Of a stretch of 64,000 nt of DNA, positions 9,778-19,451 are shown piece by piece (within the stretch, counting starts at the first letter, position 1; every line of letters starts with the position of its first letter). The DNA comes from Chloroflexota bacterium (lineage in GTDB: Bacteria; Chloroflexota; UBA11872; VXOZ01): NCBI GenBank assembly GCA_965221905.1, contig OZ244922.1, positions 2,944,001-3,008,000 on the forward strand, in the 5' to 3' direction. Below the pieces are notes generated by a model, which had not been told where the DNA came from, made no database searches, and saw only the letters and a program-made list of their open reading frames with translations. The translations under genes and the position numbers were made by a program.

Positions 9778-11793
9778 ATGACCGCAAATATTGGAACAGC
9801 TTTACTCTTCATTGGCCTTTTGGCCGCGCTCTTCGGGGCTGTCGCGTCTGTGCTCGGCGCACGTCTGCGGGTGCCGGAGTTGGTCGTAAGCGCGCGCAAC
9901 GCCGTAGTGGCCGTCGCCGTGCTGGTCGCGCTCTCCTCGCTCACCCTCATCTATGCCTTTGTGTCCCACGACTTCAGCCTGAAGTACGTAGTCGCACAGT
10001 CGACCCGCTCTCAGCCGTGGCCCTACCTCTTCAGCGGTTTCTACGGCGGCCAAGCCGGCTCTTTGCTCTATTGGTCTCTCACACTGGCGTTGCTCTCTTC
10101 GGTGGTAGTGCTCATCCACTTCCGCACGGACCGGCAACTGATTCCCTACGTGATTACGGTCCTCATGACAATCGAGGCGTTCTTTCTTTTAGTGCTCAAT
10201 TTCATCTCGTCACCGTTCGAGACCATTTCGCCGGTGCCGCCTGACGGGCGCGGCCTCAACCCGCTGCTGCAAGACCCGGGCATGCTCGTGCACCCACCCA
10301 TGTTGCTGGCCGGATACATGAGCGTCTCGATCCCCTTCGCCTTTGCCATAGCTGCCTTGATCACAGGCCACGTGGACAGCCGTTGGCTCAAGGCTACACG
10401 CCACTATGCGCTGCTCGCCTGGCTCTTTCTCTCACTCGGCAACCTGTTGGGGGCATGGTGGGCCTATCACGTTCTGGGTTGGGGCGGATACTGGGGCTGG
10501 GACCCCGTGGAAAACGTCGCGATCTTGCCGTGGTTCGCTATGACCGCCTATGTGCATTCGGTATTGGTGCAAGAGCGGCGCGGCATGCTGAAAGTCTGGA
10601 ACATGGTCCTCATCATCGTAGCCTTTAACTTAGCCCTATTCGGGACGTTTGTGGTTCGGAGCGGAATCCTCTCATCCGTCCACTCTTTTGCGGTATCCGA
10701 AATCGGCCCGTACTTCTTCGGCTTCCTGGCGGTCAGCCTGATCGTCTCGCTCACGCTCCTCATGCTGCGTCTGCCCCAACTGCGTGACGAGCATGATTTC
10801 GACTCCCTGTTGTCGCGCGAAGCGACGTTTCTCTTCAACAACCTTCTCCTGGTAGCAGTGATACTCGTCACCTTTCTCGGCGTGATCTTCCCGCTCCTCT
10901 CGGAAGCAATTCAAGGACGGAAGATCAATGTCGGCGCGCCGTTCTACCAGCAAGTCAACGGGCCGCTCTTGCTGGCCGTGGTCGCGCTGATGGGCTTTGG
11001 CATGCTCGTGCCGTGGCGGCGCGGTGCGGCGCGGGCGCTCTTGCGGGGACTGCGCACCACGCTGATTGCTACCGCCTTGGTTACGGCTGCGGCCATCGTA
11101 CTTGGCGCGCGCTCTCCATGGTCGATACTAAGTATCGCTGCTTGTACGTTCGCGTTCGTTGTTGCCCTCCGCGAGTTTCATCGCACGGCCATTGCCCTTA
11201 TGCGTGCCCAACAGACGCTCTATCCAGCCGCATTGCTCGCGGTCTTTCGCTATAATCGCCGCCGCTATGGCGGGTATCTCGTTCACGTAGGAGTGGCAGC
11301 CTTAGGCATTGCCATTATTGGCTCCTCTTTCTTTCAAACTGAACGTTCCGTGAGTATGCGTCCCGGTCAGAGCGTGGAAGTAGGCCGGTACACAGTGGCG
11401 TACCAAGGTCTTACAACGTGGAGCGAACCGGGCAAGCAACGCACGATCGCCTCCCTGCTGGTGCGCAATGCCAACCAATCATTCGAAGTAGCGCCGCAGA
11501 AGGTAGTCTACGCAAATTGGGAAGACCAGCCGGTGAGCGAGGTTGTAATCAAGACGGTCTATCCGCAGTTCGACGACGTCTACATAGTAATGGCGGCCTT
11601 CGGTGAGGACGGCACGGCAAGTTTTCACATTTTCGTGAACCCGCTCGTCGCCTTTCTTTGGCTGGGCGGGGCGCTCCTTGTAGTCGGCGGGCTCATTTCG
11701 TGGTGGCCGACTTCGTCAAAGTCGGCGGAATCAGCCCCAGTGACCGATGACGTTCGCGCCGGACGGCCGGCGCCGGGCACGGTCCCGCCATAG
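9778..11793 (+). CDS. ccmF: Cytochrome c heme lyase CcmF
   Basis: G.GLNPLLQ, HPP, WWD motif WGGYWGWDPVEN, and His in YVHS, SVHSF and YLVH. Confidence 0.95.
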   Translation: MTANIGTALLFIGLLAALFGAVASVLGARLRVPELVVSARNAVVAVAVLVALSSLTLIYAFVSHDFSLKYVVAQSTRSQPWPYLFSGFYGGQAGSLLYWSLTLALLSSVVVLIHFRTDRQLIPYVITVLMTIEAFFLLVLNFISSPFETISPVPPDGRGLNPLLQDPGMLVHPPMLLAGYMSVSIPFAFAIAALITGHVDSRWLKATRHYALLAWLFLSLGNLLGAWWAYHVLGWGGYWGWDPVENVAILPWFAMTAYVHSVLVQERRGMLKVWNMVLIIVAFNLALFGTFVVRSGILSSVHSFAVSEIGPYFFGFLAVSLIVSLTLLMLRLPQLRDEHDFDSLLSREATFLFNNLLLVAVILVTFLGVIFPLLSEAIQGRKINVGAPFYQQVNGPLLLAVVALMGFGMLVPWRRGAARALLRGLRTTLIATALVTAAAIVLGARSPWSILSIAACTFAFVVALREFHRTAIALMRAQQTLYPAALLAVFRYNRRRYGGYLVHVGVAALGIAIIGSSFFQTERSVSMRPGQSVEVGRYTVAYQGLTTWSEPGKQRTIASLLVRNANQSFEVAPQKVVYANWEDQPVSEVVIKTVYPQFDDVYIVMAAFGEDGTASFHIFVNPLVAFLWLGGALLVVGGLISWWPTSSKSAESAPVTDDVRAGRPAPGTVPP

Positions 11794-11805
11794 GGAATCA
11801 CCGGG

Positions 11806-12408
11806 ATGAAGACAATCGCCATGGATGGGAAACGCACGACCATGCTAGGCCCCCGCAGCGGAGACGACACTCCCCGTTCAGAACTCATGCCGGCAAGAAC
11901 ACGCACACACTTCGTGACAATCTCGGTCGCACTGTTGCTCGCTGCGCTGCTGCTCCATTTGGCGCCGGCTATCACCGGAGCGGCAAGTATCGACGAACAG
12001 ACCGTGGCAGTTGCCAAGCAGCTCAAGTGTCCGGTCTGCCAGAATGTGCCGGTTGCATACTCCCAGTCACAATTGGCAGGTGAGATGCGCCTGGTCATTC
12101 GCGAAAAGCTAGCAAACGGCGAGAGCGAAGAAGCGATCATCCAGTACTTCGTAGACCGCTACGGCGAGGATGTGCTGCTTGAACCCCGCCGCGAGGGCTT
12201 CAGTCTCTTGTTGTGGGTTGCGTCCATTGGAGTGGTGGTCTTTGGCGCCGCCGTCGTCGGCATCGTGCTCTGGAACTGGAGTCAAGCCCGACCGGTATCA
12301 ACGACTGCTTCCGCAATGCCGACCGACTCACCAAAAGCGCCGTCCGGCAAGCTGGAGCAACTCTTCGAAGAGGAGTACGCACGGTACAAGCAGGACAAGC
12401 GCACATGA
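11806..12408 (+). CDS. ccmH: Cytochrome c biogenesis protein CcmH (start may be ATG 11887)
   Basis: LKCPVCQ motif, S...A..MR..I and FVDRYGE.VLL.P, followed by a TM helix. Confidence 0.9.
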   Translation: MKTIAMDGKRTTMLGPRSGDDTPRSELMPARTRTHFVTISVALLLAALLLHLAPAITGAASIDEQTVAVAKQLKCPVCQNVPVAYSQSQLAGEMRLVIREKLANGESEEAIIQYFVDRYGEDVLLEPRREGFSLLLWVASIGVVVFGAAVVGIVLWNWSQARPVSTTASAMPTDSPKAPSGKLEQLFEEEYARYKQDKRT

Positions 12409-13712
12409 GCGTGATCGTCTTTGGGAGCGTGTTCGGTGTGGCTGCCCTGATATGGATTGTGTGGCCTCTGGTAGGGCGCAGAGGCGCCTCCACCACACTT
12501 TCGGCAGGCGGCGTCCGCGATGACCTCGCCGAACGCACCTTGCTGCTCTATCAAGAGCTCGAGGAAATCGACCTCGAGCACGAGCAAGGCGATCTCACGG
12601 CAGACGAGTACGAGTCCTTACGCGCGGCGCAGAAGCAACGCGTCCTCAGCGTGCTCGAGGAGAGGCAGAGCGAAGAGGGCGCTCTCAGTGACGCCGCGGG
12701 ACTAGATGAAGCCAGCGCGCTCAGCTACGCCATCGAGGAAGATATCCTGCGCATACGCGCCCGGCGGCGGGGACAACAGCATGTTCCGGCCGACCAAGTG
12801 GCTGTGGATCCAGCTTCGGCTTCCTCCATGTCGAAGGGCGTGCATTGGCTCTGGATAGCGGTACCCGCAGCCCTCGTACTCATCGCTTTCGGCGTTATCT
12901 TTCAGCTCTATCGTTCGTCCTCCCGCACGCTTACCGAGCAGACGCCAATTGCACAGATTGACGCAGCGGGGCTCGTGGGGTTTGCCTTCCTTGCTCCCGA
13001 TCACGTTTTGTTGGCTCAAACGTCCGGTCTGTTGGAAAGCCGCGATGGGGGACGCGCGTGGACTCAAAGCGCACTGGATGTTGCGCCCGCCGCCATGGCA
13101 GTATCTCCTTCCGGTGAAGGCTACGCCTATGTATTCACAGAGAGCAGTATCCACGTCACGGCCGATTCGGGACAAACTTGGCAGGAAGTTCAAGGCACGT
13201 TGCCCAGCGCGCAGATTCTTGCCGCAGCGGTGAATGCTTTCGCTCCTACGGAAATCTACGCGAGCTTCGCCGAGAGCGGTTTGTTCCGCTCGCGTGACGG
13301 GGGTAGATTTTGGGAACCGGTGGCAACGCCGGATGACGAGAAGATTGTGGCAATTCTCGTAAGCGGCATTACGCCGCTGCTATTCATTGCCTTAGAATCA
13401 GGCAGAGTGCAGGTGAGCAGCGATGAGGGAGAGACGTGGTCTGCCGCCAGCGGCGCAGTTACCATGGCGTTGCGGGGACCCGTTCGCGCACTGACCGGCG
13501 CATCGGACGGAAGCACGCTCTACGCTGCGGCCCACACCGGATTGTACCTTTCCACGTCAGCCGGGCAGACGTGGGTAGACCTGCCGCTGCGCAAACCGCT
13601 GGTCGCGGTGACGGTTGACCCAACGACCGCCCGCACTGTGCTCGCGGTGACGGAGATGGGAGAAGTCTATCGCAGCACCGACGGCGGCATTGCCTGGAGA
13701 AACGACCAGTGA
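12405..13712 (+). CDS. CcmI-like N-terminal membrane segment fused to a BNR/Asp-box beta-propeller
   Basis: ATGA overlap with ccmH; TM, LYQELEEIDLEHEQGDLTADEYESLR, second TM, then repeated SxDGGxxW Asp-boxes. Confidence 0.65.
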   Translation: MSVIVFGSVFGVAALIWIVWPLVGRRGASTTLSAGGVRDDLAERTLLLYQELEEIDLEHEQGDLTADEYESLRAAQKQRVLSVLEERQSEEGALSDAAGLDEASALSYAIEEDILRIRARRRGQQHVPADQVAVDPASASSMSKGVHWLWIAVPAALVLIAFGVIFQLYRSSSRTLTEQTPIAQIDAAGLVGFAFLAPDHVLLAQTSGLLESRDGGRAWTQSALDVAPAAMAVSPSGEGYAYVFTESSIHVTADSGQTWQEVQGTLPSAQILAAAVNAFAPTEIYASFAESGLFRSRDGGRFWEPVATPDDEKIVAILVSGITPLLFIALESGRVQVSSDEGETWSAASGAVTMALRGPVRALTGASDGSTLYAAAHTGLYLSTSAGQTWVDLPLRKPLVAVTVDPTTARTVLAVTEMGEVYRSTDGGIAWRNDQ

Positions 13713-15157
13713 CAGGCCAACATAGCCCGCATCCGAACCGTCACGCACCTTTTCTGTCATGCCCTTCACAACAGGAGCGATCCTGCGCGCCGACTCCGTC
13801 ATTCCCGCCACAACAGGAGCGCACTTGCACGCTGACTCCGTCATTCCCGCGAAAGCGGGAATCCATCTGCGGCAGCAGTGCGAGCGGCTCAACAACCGAA
13901 TGCATTACCGCCCCGCTCCAATTCTGGTCGCCAATATCTATTGCACTGTCATTGTTGCTCTGCATTCTCCTGACCCTCCTGATTCATTCCACGATCGCCG
14001 CAGCGGACGGCGTCATCAGCGGCACCGTCGTCAACGGCACTGCGGACGGCAGTGTACCGGCTGATGTAGCGGTGACCCTCTACTTCCTTCGCGATGGTGA
14101 AATCGTGGAACAACGCACGCAGGTCACCGGGCCTGAAGGCGCCTACCGTTTCTCCGACCTTCCCACCGATCCCATGCTGGGATTTGTGGTCGTGGCTGCC
14201 TATACGCAAGTTCCATACAACACGCCGGAGCTCAAGTTTACCGAGGGTACCGCGGTCCAAGCGCCCCCACTCATCGTGTTCGAGGCAAGCCAGGATGCGA
14301 GCGTGGTGCGGGTCGTCACTGACGTGCTGATCATTGCGCCGGGAGAAGAGAGTAGCGGCATGCTCAGCGTCATCGAGATAGTGCGGTTAGCCAATGATAG
14401 CGACCGCACATTCCTTGCCACCGGCGGTGCTGGCGCCGGAGCGCCGATGGACAGAGTGCTGCGGTTTGCCCTCCCCGTAGATGCACAAGACCTCACGATG
14501 CTGAGCGGCCTCAATGCGCAAAACGTCGTGCAGATCGATCGCGGTTTCGGCGTCTTCATGCCGTTGTTGCCGGGAGAGCGTGAAGTAATGTTTGGGTACC
14601 AACTGCCGTACTCCGGCAGCACGCTCAGTCTTACCAAGCGCACGGTGTACCCCACCGACCAATTTGCCATCCTTGCGCGTGAAGAGTATGGGCTGCGCTT
14701 CAACGCAGACCAGCTTGAGGTCCAAGCCGATCCGATTGGCGATCGCCGCTACCTGGTGGGGTCAACCAACTCGCTCGCCGCCCGCGCTGAGGTCTCGGTG
14801 CAAATTGCAGGTTTGCCCGCGCCCTCCATACGGGTGCGGCTTGAACGTCTATTTGATCGCGCGCGCGACACGCAGGCAGCTCTCTTCTTCCTGCTTGGCG
14901 TAGTCCTGATTCTGCCTGTCCTCTATGCGGTCTACCGCATGCGGGGCGGCCCGCGCCGCAGGGCCACAGCCACAGCGGCGGTTGCGACCGCTGTTCCGGC
15001 GGCTGGCGAGACGTTGCTCCTGGAGATCGCGCAACTAGATGACGAATTTGCGGCGGGTGGGATTGCCGCAGAGGAGTACCGGCGACTGCGCGCGGAAAAG
15101 AAGCAGCGTCTGATGGAAATCCATCGAGAACCAGGCAAAGAGACCGGCGATGAATGA
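13709..15157 (+). CDS. Membrane-anchored protein with a carboxypeptidase-regulatory-like beta domain and a C-terminal CcmI/SHOCT-like helix
   Basis: GTGA overlap with the upstream stop; hydrophobic signal; ISGTVVNGT..G.YRF..L; C-terminal TM, then EIAQLDDEFAAGGIAAEEYRRLR. Confidence 0.65.
   Translation: MTGQHSPHPNRHAPFLSCPSQQERSCAPTPSFPPQQERTCTLTPSFPRKRESICGSSASGSTTECITAPLQFWSPISIALSLLLCILLTLLIHSTIAAADGVISGTVVNGTADGSVPADVAVTLYFLRDGEIVEQRTQVTGPEGAYRFSDLPTDPMLGFVVVAAYTQVPYNTPELKFTEGTAVQAPPLIVFEASQDASVVRVVTDVLIIAPGEESSGMLSVIEIVRLANDSDRTFLATGGAGAGAPMDRVLRFALPVDAQDLTMLSGLNAQNVVQIDRGFGVFMPLLPGEREVMFGYQLPYSGSTLSLTKRTVYPTDQFAILAREEYGLRFNADQLEVQADPIGDRRYLVGSTNSLAARAEVSVQIAGLPAPSIRVRLERLFDRARDTQAALFFLLGVVLILPVLYAVYRMRGGPRRRATATAAVATAVPAAGETLLLEIAQLDDEFAAGGIAAEEYRRLRAEKKQRLMEIHREPGKETGDE
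13754..13866 (+). repeat. 42-bp-period tandem array of a CGTC-type REP-like element, within the 5' part of the CDS
   Basis: Units start at 13754, 13796 and 13838; the last is the intact ccgtcattcccgcgaaagcgggaatcc. Confidence 0.8.
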
Positions 15158-15887
15158 ACCTAAGTGCGCGGCACCGGACCTTGCCGTTGAGGCGAAGGGG
15201 CTGACCAAGCGCTACGGGTCCCACATTGCCCTGGATAACGTAGACCTCTCTGTGGGCTGTAACGAGCGCCTGGCGATTCTCGGGCCCAATGGCTCCGGGA
15301 AAACAACACTCATTGCGGTACTGAGCACAATCATGCGCGCTTCCGCAGGCGCGTTTCGCATCATGGGCTGGGACAGCGCAAATGCTTCGAACGAGGTGCG
15401 CCGACACGTCGGCGTCGTGGCGCACCGCACATATCTCTACGAGGAGCTTTCGGCGCGTGAGAACTTGCTCTTCTACGGCCGCCTCTACGGGGTGCCGAAC
15501 CTCGCGCAGCGTGTTGATGCGCTGCTGAAGTTGGTAGACATCTTTCCCCGTCGCCACGATCAAGTCGCCAATCTATCGCGCGGCATGCAGCAGCGTGTGG
15601 CGTTGGCGCGCGCCCTAGTCCACGATCCCGACGTGCTGCTGCTTGACGAGCCGGACACCGGCCTCGACCAAGAACACCTTGATCTCCTGGCTTCACTCGT
15701 GCAAGGCCGCGCTATCCCGGCCCGGACGGTTATCCTAACCACCCACAACTTAGACCGCGCGTTGGCCCTGTGCAATCGCGTGATGGTGCTCGCACAGGGG
15801 CGGCTGGTCTATCATGCCGAAAGCTCGACCCTCGATCACACTGCGCTGCACAACGCATACCGCCGCCTCGCAGGAGCAGCGCAATGA
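15150..15887 (+). CDS. ccmA: Heme ABC exporter ATP-binding protein CcmA
   Basis: Walker A GPNGSGKT, LSRGMQQR signature, LLLDEP; directly upstream of ccmB. Confidence 0.88.
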   Translation: MNEPKCAAPDLAVEAKGLTKRYGSHIALDNVDLSVGCNERLAILGPNGSGKTTLIAVLSTIMRASAGAFRIMGWDSANASNEVRRHVGVVAHRTYLYEELSARENLLFYGRLYGVPNLAQRVDALLKLVDIFPRRHDQVANLSRGMQQRVALARALVHDPDVLLLDEPDTGLDQEHLDLLASLVQGRAIPARTVILTTHNLDRALALCNRVMVLAQGRLVYHAESSTLDHTALHNAYRRLAGAAQ

Positions 15888-16552
15888 TGCTACCGGTGCA
15901 GCAAGTCCTCACGGTGGTTCGGAAAGACCTCTTGGTAGAGTCCCGCGCCCGCGACCTGCTCACCGTAATGCTTACCTTTGCAGTGCTAACGCTCATCATA
16001 TTCAACCTGGCCTTGGACCTACGGGGGCCAACGGTCCAAGAGATAGGGCCCGGACTGCTGTGGCTGACCATTACCTTCGCTGCCATCCTCGGCATGGGAC
16101 GCACGTTTGTGCGTGAGTACGAACGGGGAACGCTCGCCGGATTACTGCTTGCGCCGGTTGACCGGGGCACGCTCTTCGTTGCTAAGTTGCTGGCAAACCT
16201 CATTTTCCTCTTCATCATGGAAGCGGTCACCCTGCCCATGTTCGCCTTGCTCTTCAACCTGCCGGTGCTCCGACCGTCAGTGATTCTCATCACGGCCTTA
16301 GGCACGCTGGGCTTTGCTATCCTGGGCACAATCTTCTCTGCCATGGCAGCACACAGCAGGGCGCGCGAGGCATTGCTGCCGCTCCTGCTCTTGCCCACAA
16401 CGGTGCCCGTGCTTATTGGCTCAGTAAAAGCGACAACTAACGCGCTCAGCGGCACCGTGGACGGGACACCATGGATCGGCCTGCTGATCGCTTTCGACGT
16501 AATCTTTCTTACCCTTTCGTACCTCCTATTTGCACATGCAGTTGAAGGCTGA
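15884..16552 (+). CDS. ccmB: Heme exporter protein CcmB
   Basis: KDL..E.R, F.REYE.GTL.GLLL and LLPLLLLP..VP motifs; ATGA overlap. Confidence 0.92.
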   Translation: MMLPVQQVLTVVRKDLLVESRARDLLTVMLTFAVLTLIIFNLALDLRGPTVQEIGPGLLWLTITFAAILGMGRTFVREYERGTLAGLLLAPVDRGTLFVAKLLANLIFLFIMEAVTLPMFALLFNLPVLRPSVILITALGTLGFAILGTIFSAMAAHSRAREALLPLLLLPTTVPVLIGSVKATTNALSGTVDGTPWIGLLIAFDVIFLTLSYLLFAHAVEG

Positions 16553-16818
16553 TGTGAGCACTATTGTCGGAAGAGCATTAGGAAAACGTGTGTATACCCA
16601 GTGCCATACAGGGCTACGATTGCCTTCTTGGAATTGCTTCGCCTTTAGATCCGAGCGCCGAAAGAGGAGCAAGCGGCGTGAGCCAAACGTCGGCTTAGCT
16701 TTGCGCTATTTTTATAATGTGACCATCGGATTGCACGGGGGCAGCGCGCCGGCACGGTAGATGCGCGAAACAGTCCCAAGATCACACTAAGTAAGACTTT
16801 TATTTGGAAAGGACGTCG

Positions 16819-17523
16819 ATGTTGCTAAGCAATAATGCAGACGGCGCGCGGAGATGGATCGATGACCTCCTGGGCGTAGCCACGTTGATCGGCATGGTCG
16901 TGGCCCTTTGGCTCATATTTGTCTACACACCGGTTGAGCTCGTGCAGGGCGCGTCGCAGAAGATATTTTATATCCACCTGGCGTCAATATGGAACGCCTA
17001 CTTGAGCTTCTTCCTTGTTTTCGTGGCGAGCATCCTCTATCTCAGGCGGCCGACTTCCGGCAGAGACCGGTTCGCCCGCGCTTGGGCGGAAATTGGGGTG
17101 CTCTTCACTACGATCACGCTCATCAGCGGAGCAATTTGGGGCAAACCGATTTGGGGCACGTATTGGAGTTGGGACCCGCGTCTCACCACCACGCTCTTGC
17201 TTTGGCTCATCTACGTGGTCTATCTCATGCTGCGCGGATTCGTCGGCGACCCCGAACGCGGCAGGCGCTATGCGGCGATCGTTGGCATCATCGGCTTTAT
17301 TGACGTGCCAATTGTGCATATGTCCGTGCGTTGGTGGCGCACCTTGCACCCCGATCCCATCGTAGCCAGAGCGGAAGGCCCGGACCTACCCATGAGCATG
17401 TGGTACACCGTGCTCTACTGCATCGTCGTATTTACGGTGCTGGCGGTCTTCCTGGTGCGGCAACGCTTGCAGATCGACGAGCTACGAGAAACCCTAATTG
17501 ACCTACGTACGTCCGCAAGATGA
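16819..17523 (+). CDS. ccmC: Heme exporter protein CcmC
   Basis: IFYIH, WWD motif WGKPIWGTYWSWDPR, and PIVHMSVRWWRTLHP. Confidence 0.93.
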   Translation: MLLSNNADGARRWIDDLLGVATLIGMVVALWLIFVYTPVELVQGASQKIFYIHLASIWNAYLSFFLVFVASILYLRRPTSGRDRFARAWAEIGVLFTTITLISGAIWGKPIWGTYWSWDPRLTTTLLLWLIYVVYLMLRGFVGDPERGRRYAAIVGIIGFIDVPIVHMSVRWWRTLHPDPIVARAEGPDLPMSMWYTVLYCIVVFTVLAVFLVRQRLQIDELRETLIDLRTSAR

Positions 17524-17543
17524 ATGCACGAGGGAGCATCCGA

Positions 17544-17723
17544 ATGGAAACGATACAAAACTTTGACTACCTCTTCGCAGCATATGCCATTCTTTGGGTG
17601 GTGGTTTTCGGCTACTTCTTCTTCCTTACACGGCAGCTTGGCGAATTGCGGCGCGAGGTCAACGCGCTCCGCGAGGAACGCGCAAGCGGCGAATCCGGCC
17701 CGGACGCATCGCCAGACTCTTAG
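17544..17723 (+). CDS. ccmD: CcmD-like small membrane protein
   Basis: YLFAAY...W single TM with a charged tail, directly after ccmC. Confidence 0.75.
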   Translation: METIQNFDYLFAAYAILWVVVFGYFFFLTRQLGELRREVNALREERASGESGPDASPDS

Positions 17724-17814
17724 TCTCCGGCCCAAATAGGCAGCGCATCAACCTTTTGCGCTACCAGCGCGGCAGTGCCGAAGTGACACGTCGATTTGTT
17801 GGCACCTCCATGGG

Positions 17815-17836
17815 TGCATGGTATGCTATAAATAAT
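17815..17836 (+). promoter_or_regulatory. Possible extended -10 promoter for the ligase/aminomutase operon
   Basis: TGgTATGCT and TGcTATAAA in an AT-rich patch about 40-60 nt before ATG 17875. Confidence 0.4.
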
Positions 17837-17874
17837 GAAGTAATGGCGAAACCTAGAAATCCGAGCGAGTTGAA

Positions 17875-19413
17875 ATGACGGAAGACGCACCAAGTACTGC
17901 TGCTAAAGCAGGTAGCCAAACTGCGGAATCGGAGAGTCGCGGGAGCCAAGAACGTAGTGCTCTTGCAAGCTCCCCCGCTTTGGATATGCTCACAGAGACC
18001 GACGCTCGTGCACGCAGTCTGGCCCTCAACGACCGTGTTCCCGCCAGCGGATTATTTGGCGAGGCAGACCGGCCCCTTATTGAGGGGTCTCGCGCTTCTT
18101 GGCGCATCGCGCCGGAGCCCTTCCTCATCAATCCCGATAGCTACCGGCGTCTACAGCAATTGGGGAACCAGCTACTTGCCTTCTACAGCGCCGCGAACCG
18201 CCTCTACCGCCGCAGCGTGCGTGGCACTATCCCACCGTTCTTCCACGAGTATCTCGATATCGGCAAGAGCGATACCGTAATCGACTACGGGCGTATGAAT
18301 CGCTTCCGTCGCGACCTGCCCGGTGTGATTCGGCCCGATCTTCTCCTGACAAATGACGGCGTTAAGGCTGCCGAACTGGATTCCATTCCCGGCGGCATCG
18401 GCCTTACTGGCAGCATGCAGCAGCACTACGATAGCTTGGGATTCTCGATGGTAGGGGGCGCGAACGGCATGGTGGAAGGCTTTGCCGCCATGATCCGCAG
18501 CCGAGCCGCGAAAGACGACCCACAGCTCGCCATAGCCGTTTCAGACGAGTCGGTGGACTACCGTCCTGAAATGCAGTGGCTGTCCGATCAATTGTGCGAG
18601 CTTGGCATGAGCAGCGCATGTGCCAAACCCGAAGAGATAGAGATGCACGGCGACTGTCTCATGCTCAATGGGCAGCCCGTCGACACGCTCTATCGCTTCT
18701 TCGAGCTCTTCGATCTCAAGAACATCCCGAACTACGATCTTCTTCTCTACGCCGCCCGCAAGCAACTCATCACCATGACGCCGCCGGTGAAGGCGTATCT
18801 CGAGGAGAAGCTCCTCTTTGCCCTCTTCCATCATCCCGTGCTGGCTGAATTCTGGAAGCAAGAGTTGGGGGCAAAGAACGTAGCGGCCCTGCAGCGAGTA
18901 ATACCGGAAACCTGGATCCTAGACCCGCGCCCGCTGCCGCCGCAAGCCGTCGTTCCCGGACTGAACATTGCCAAGCGACCGGTAACGAATTGGGGTCAAC
19001 TCAAGGGCTTGGGCCAATCCGACCGGCGGCTGGTTATCAAGCCTTCCGGCTTCTCGGCGACAGCCTGGGGCAGCCGCGGCGTCACCATCGGCCACGATCA
19101 CCCCGAAGCGGAGTGGGATGCAGCAGTGCAGAGTGCCCTCGACGCTTTCGCGACGACCCCCCACGTCTTACAAAAGTTCCACCACGGCAATCGGTACGGC
19201 ACCCGCTACTATGACTTTGCTCAAGACGCAGTGCGCAAGATGAACGGGCGCGTGCGCCTGAGCCCATATTACTTCGTGGCCAATGACGAAACGACGCTTG
19301 CCGGCATCCTCGTAACTATCGTGCCGGCGGACAAAAAACTTATCCATGGTATGGTTGACGCCGTGATGGTGCCTGCCGCCATCAGCGATAACGGTGTAGA
19401 CCTGGAACTATAG
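17875..19413 (+). CDS. Glutathionylspermidine-synthase-like (circularly permuted ATP-grasp) amide ligase, substrate unknown
   Basis: IRPDLLL...AELDSIPGG (RxD...ExD/N), LYRFFE, LVIKP..AWGSRGV Gly loop and VLQKF. Confidence 0.65.
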   Translation: MTEDAPSTAAKAGSQTAESESRGSQERSALASSPALDMLTETDARARSLALNDRVPASGLFGEADRPLIEGSRASWRIAPEPFLINPDSYRRLQQLGNQLLAFYSAANRLYRRSVRGTIPPFFHEYLDIGKSDTVIDYGRMNRFRRDLPGVIRPDLLLTNDGVKAAELDSIPGGIGLTGSMQQHYDSLGFSMVGGANGMVEGFAAMIRSRAAKDDPQLAIAVSDESVDYRPEMQWLSDQLCELGMSSACAKPEEIEMHGDCLMLNGQPVDTLYRFFELFDLKNIPNYDLLLYAARKQLITMTPPVKAYLEEKLLFALFHHPVLAEFWKQELGAKNVAALQRVIPETWILDPRPLPPQAVVPGLNIAKRPVTNWGQLKGLGQSDRRLVIKPSGFSATAWGSRGVTIGHDHPEAEWDAAVQSALDAFATTPHVLQKFHHGNRYGTRYYDFAQDAVRKMNGRVRLSPYYFVANDETTLAGILVTIVPADKKLIHGMVDAVMVPAAISDNGVDLEL

Positions 19414-19451
19414 AACGCCGATTAGGGGATTTGGGAGAATAAGGAATCGCA

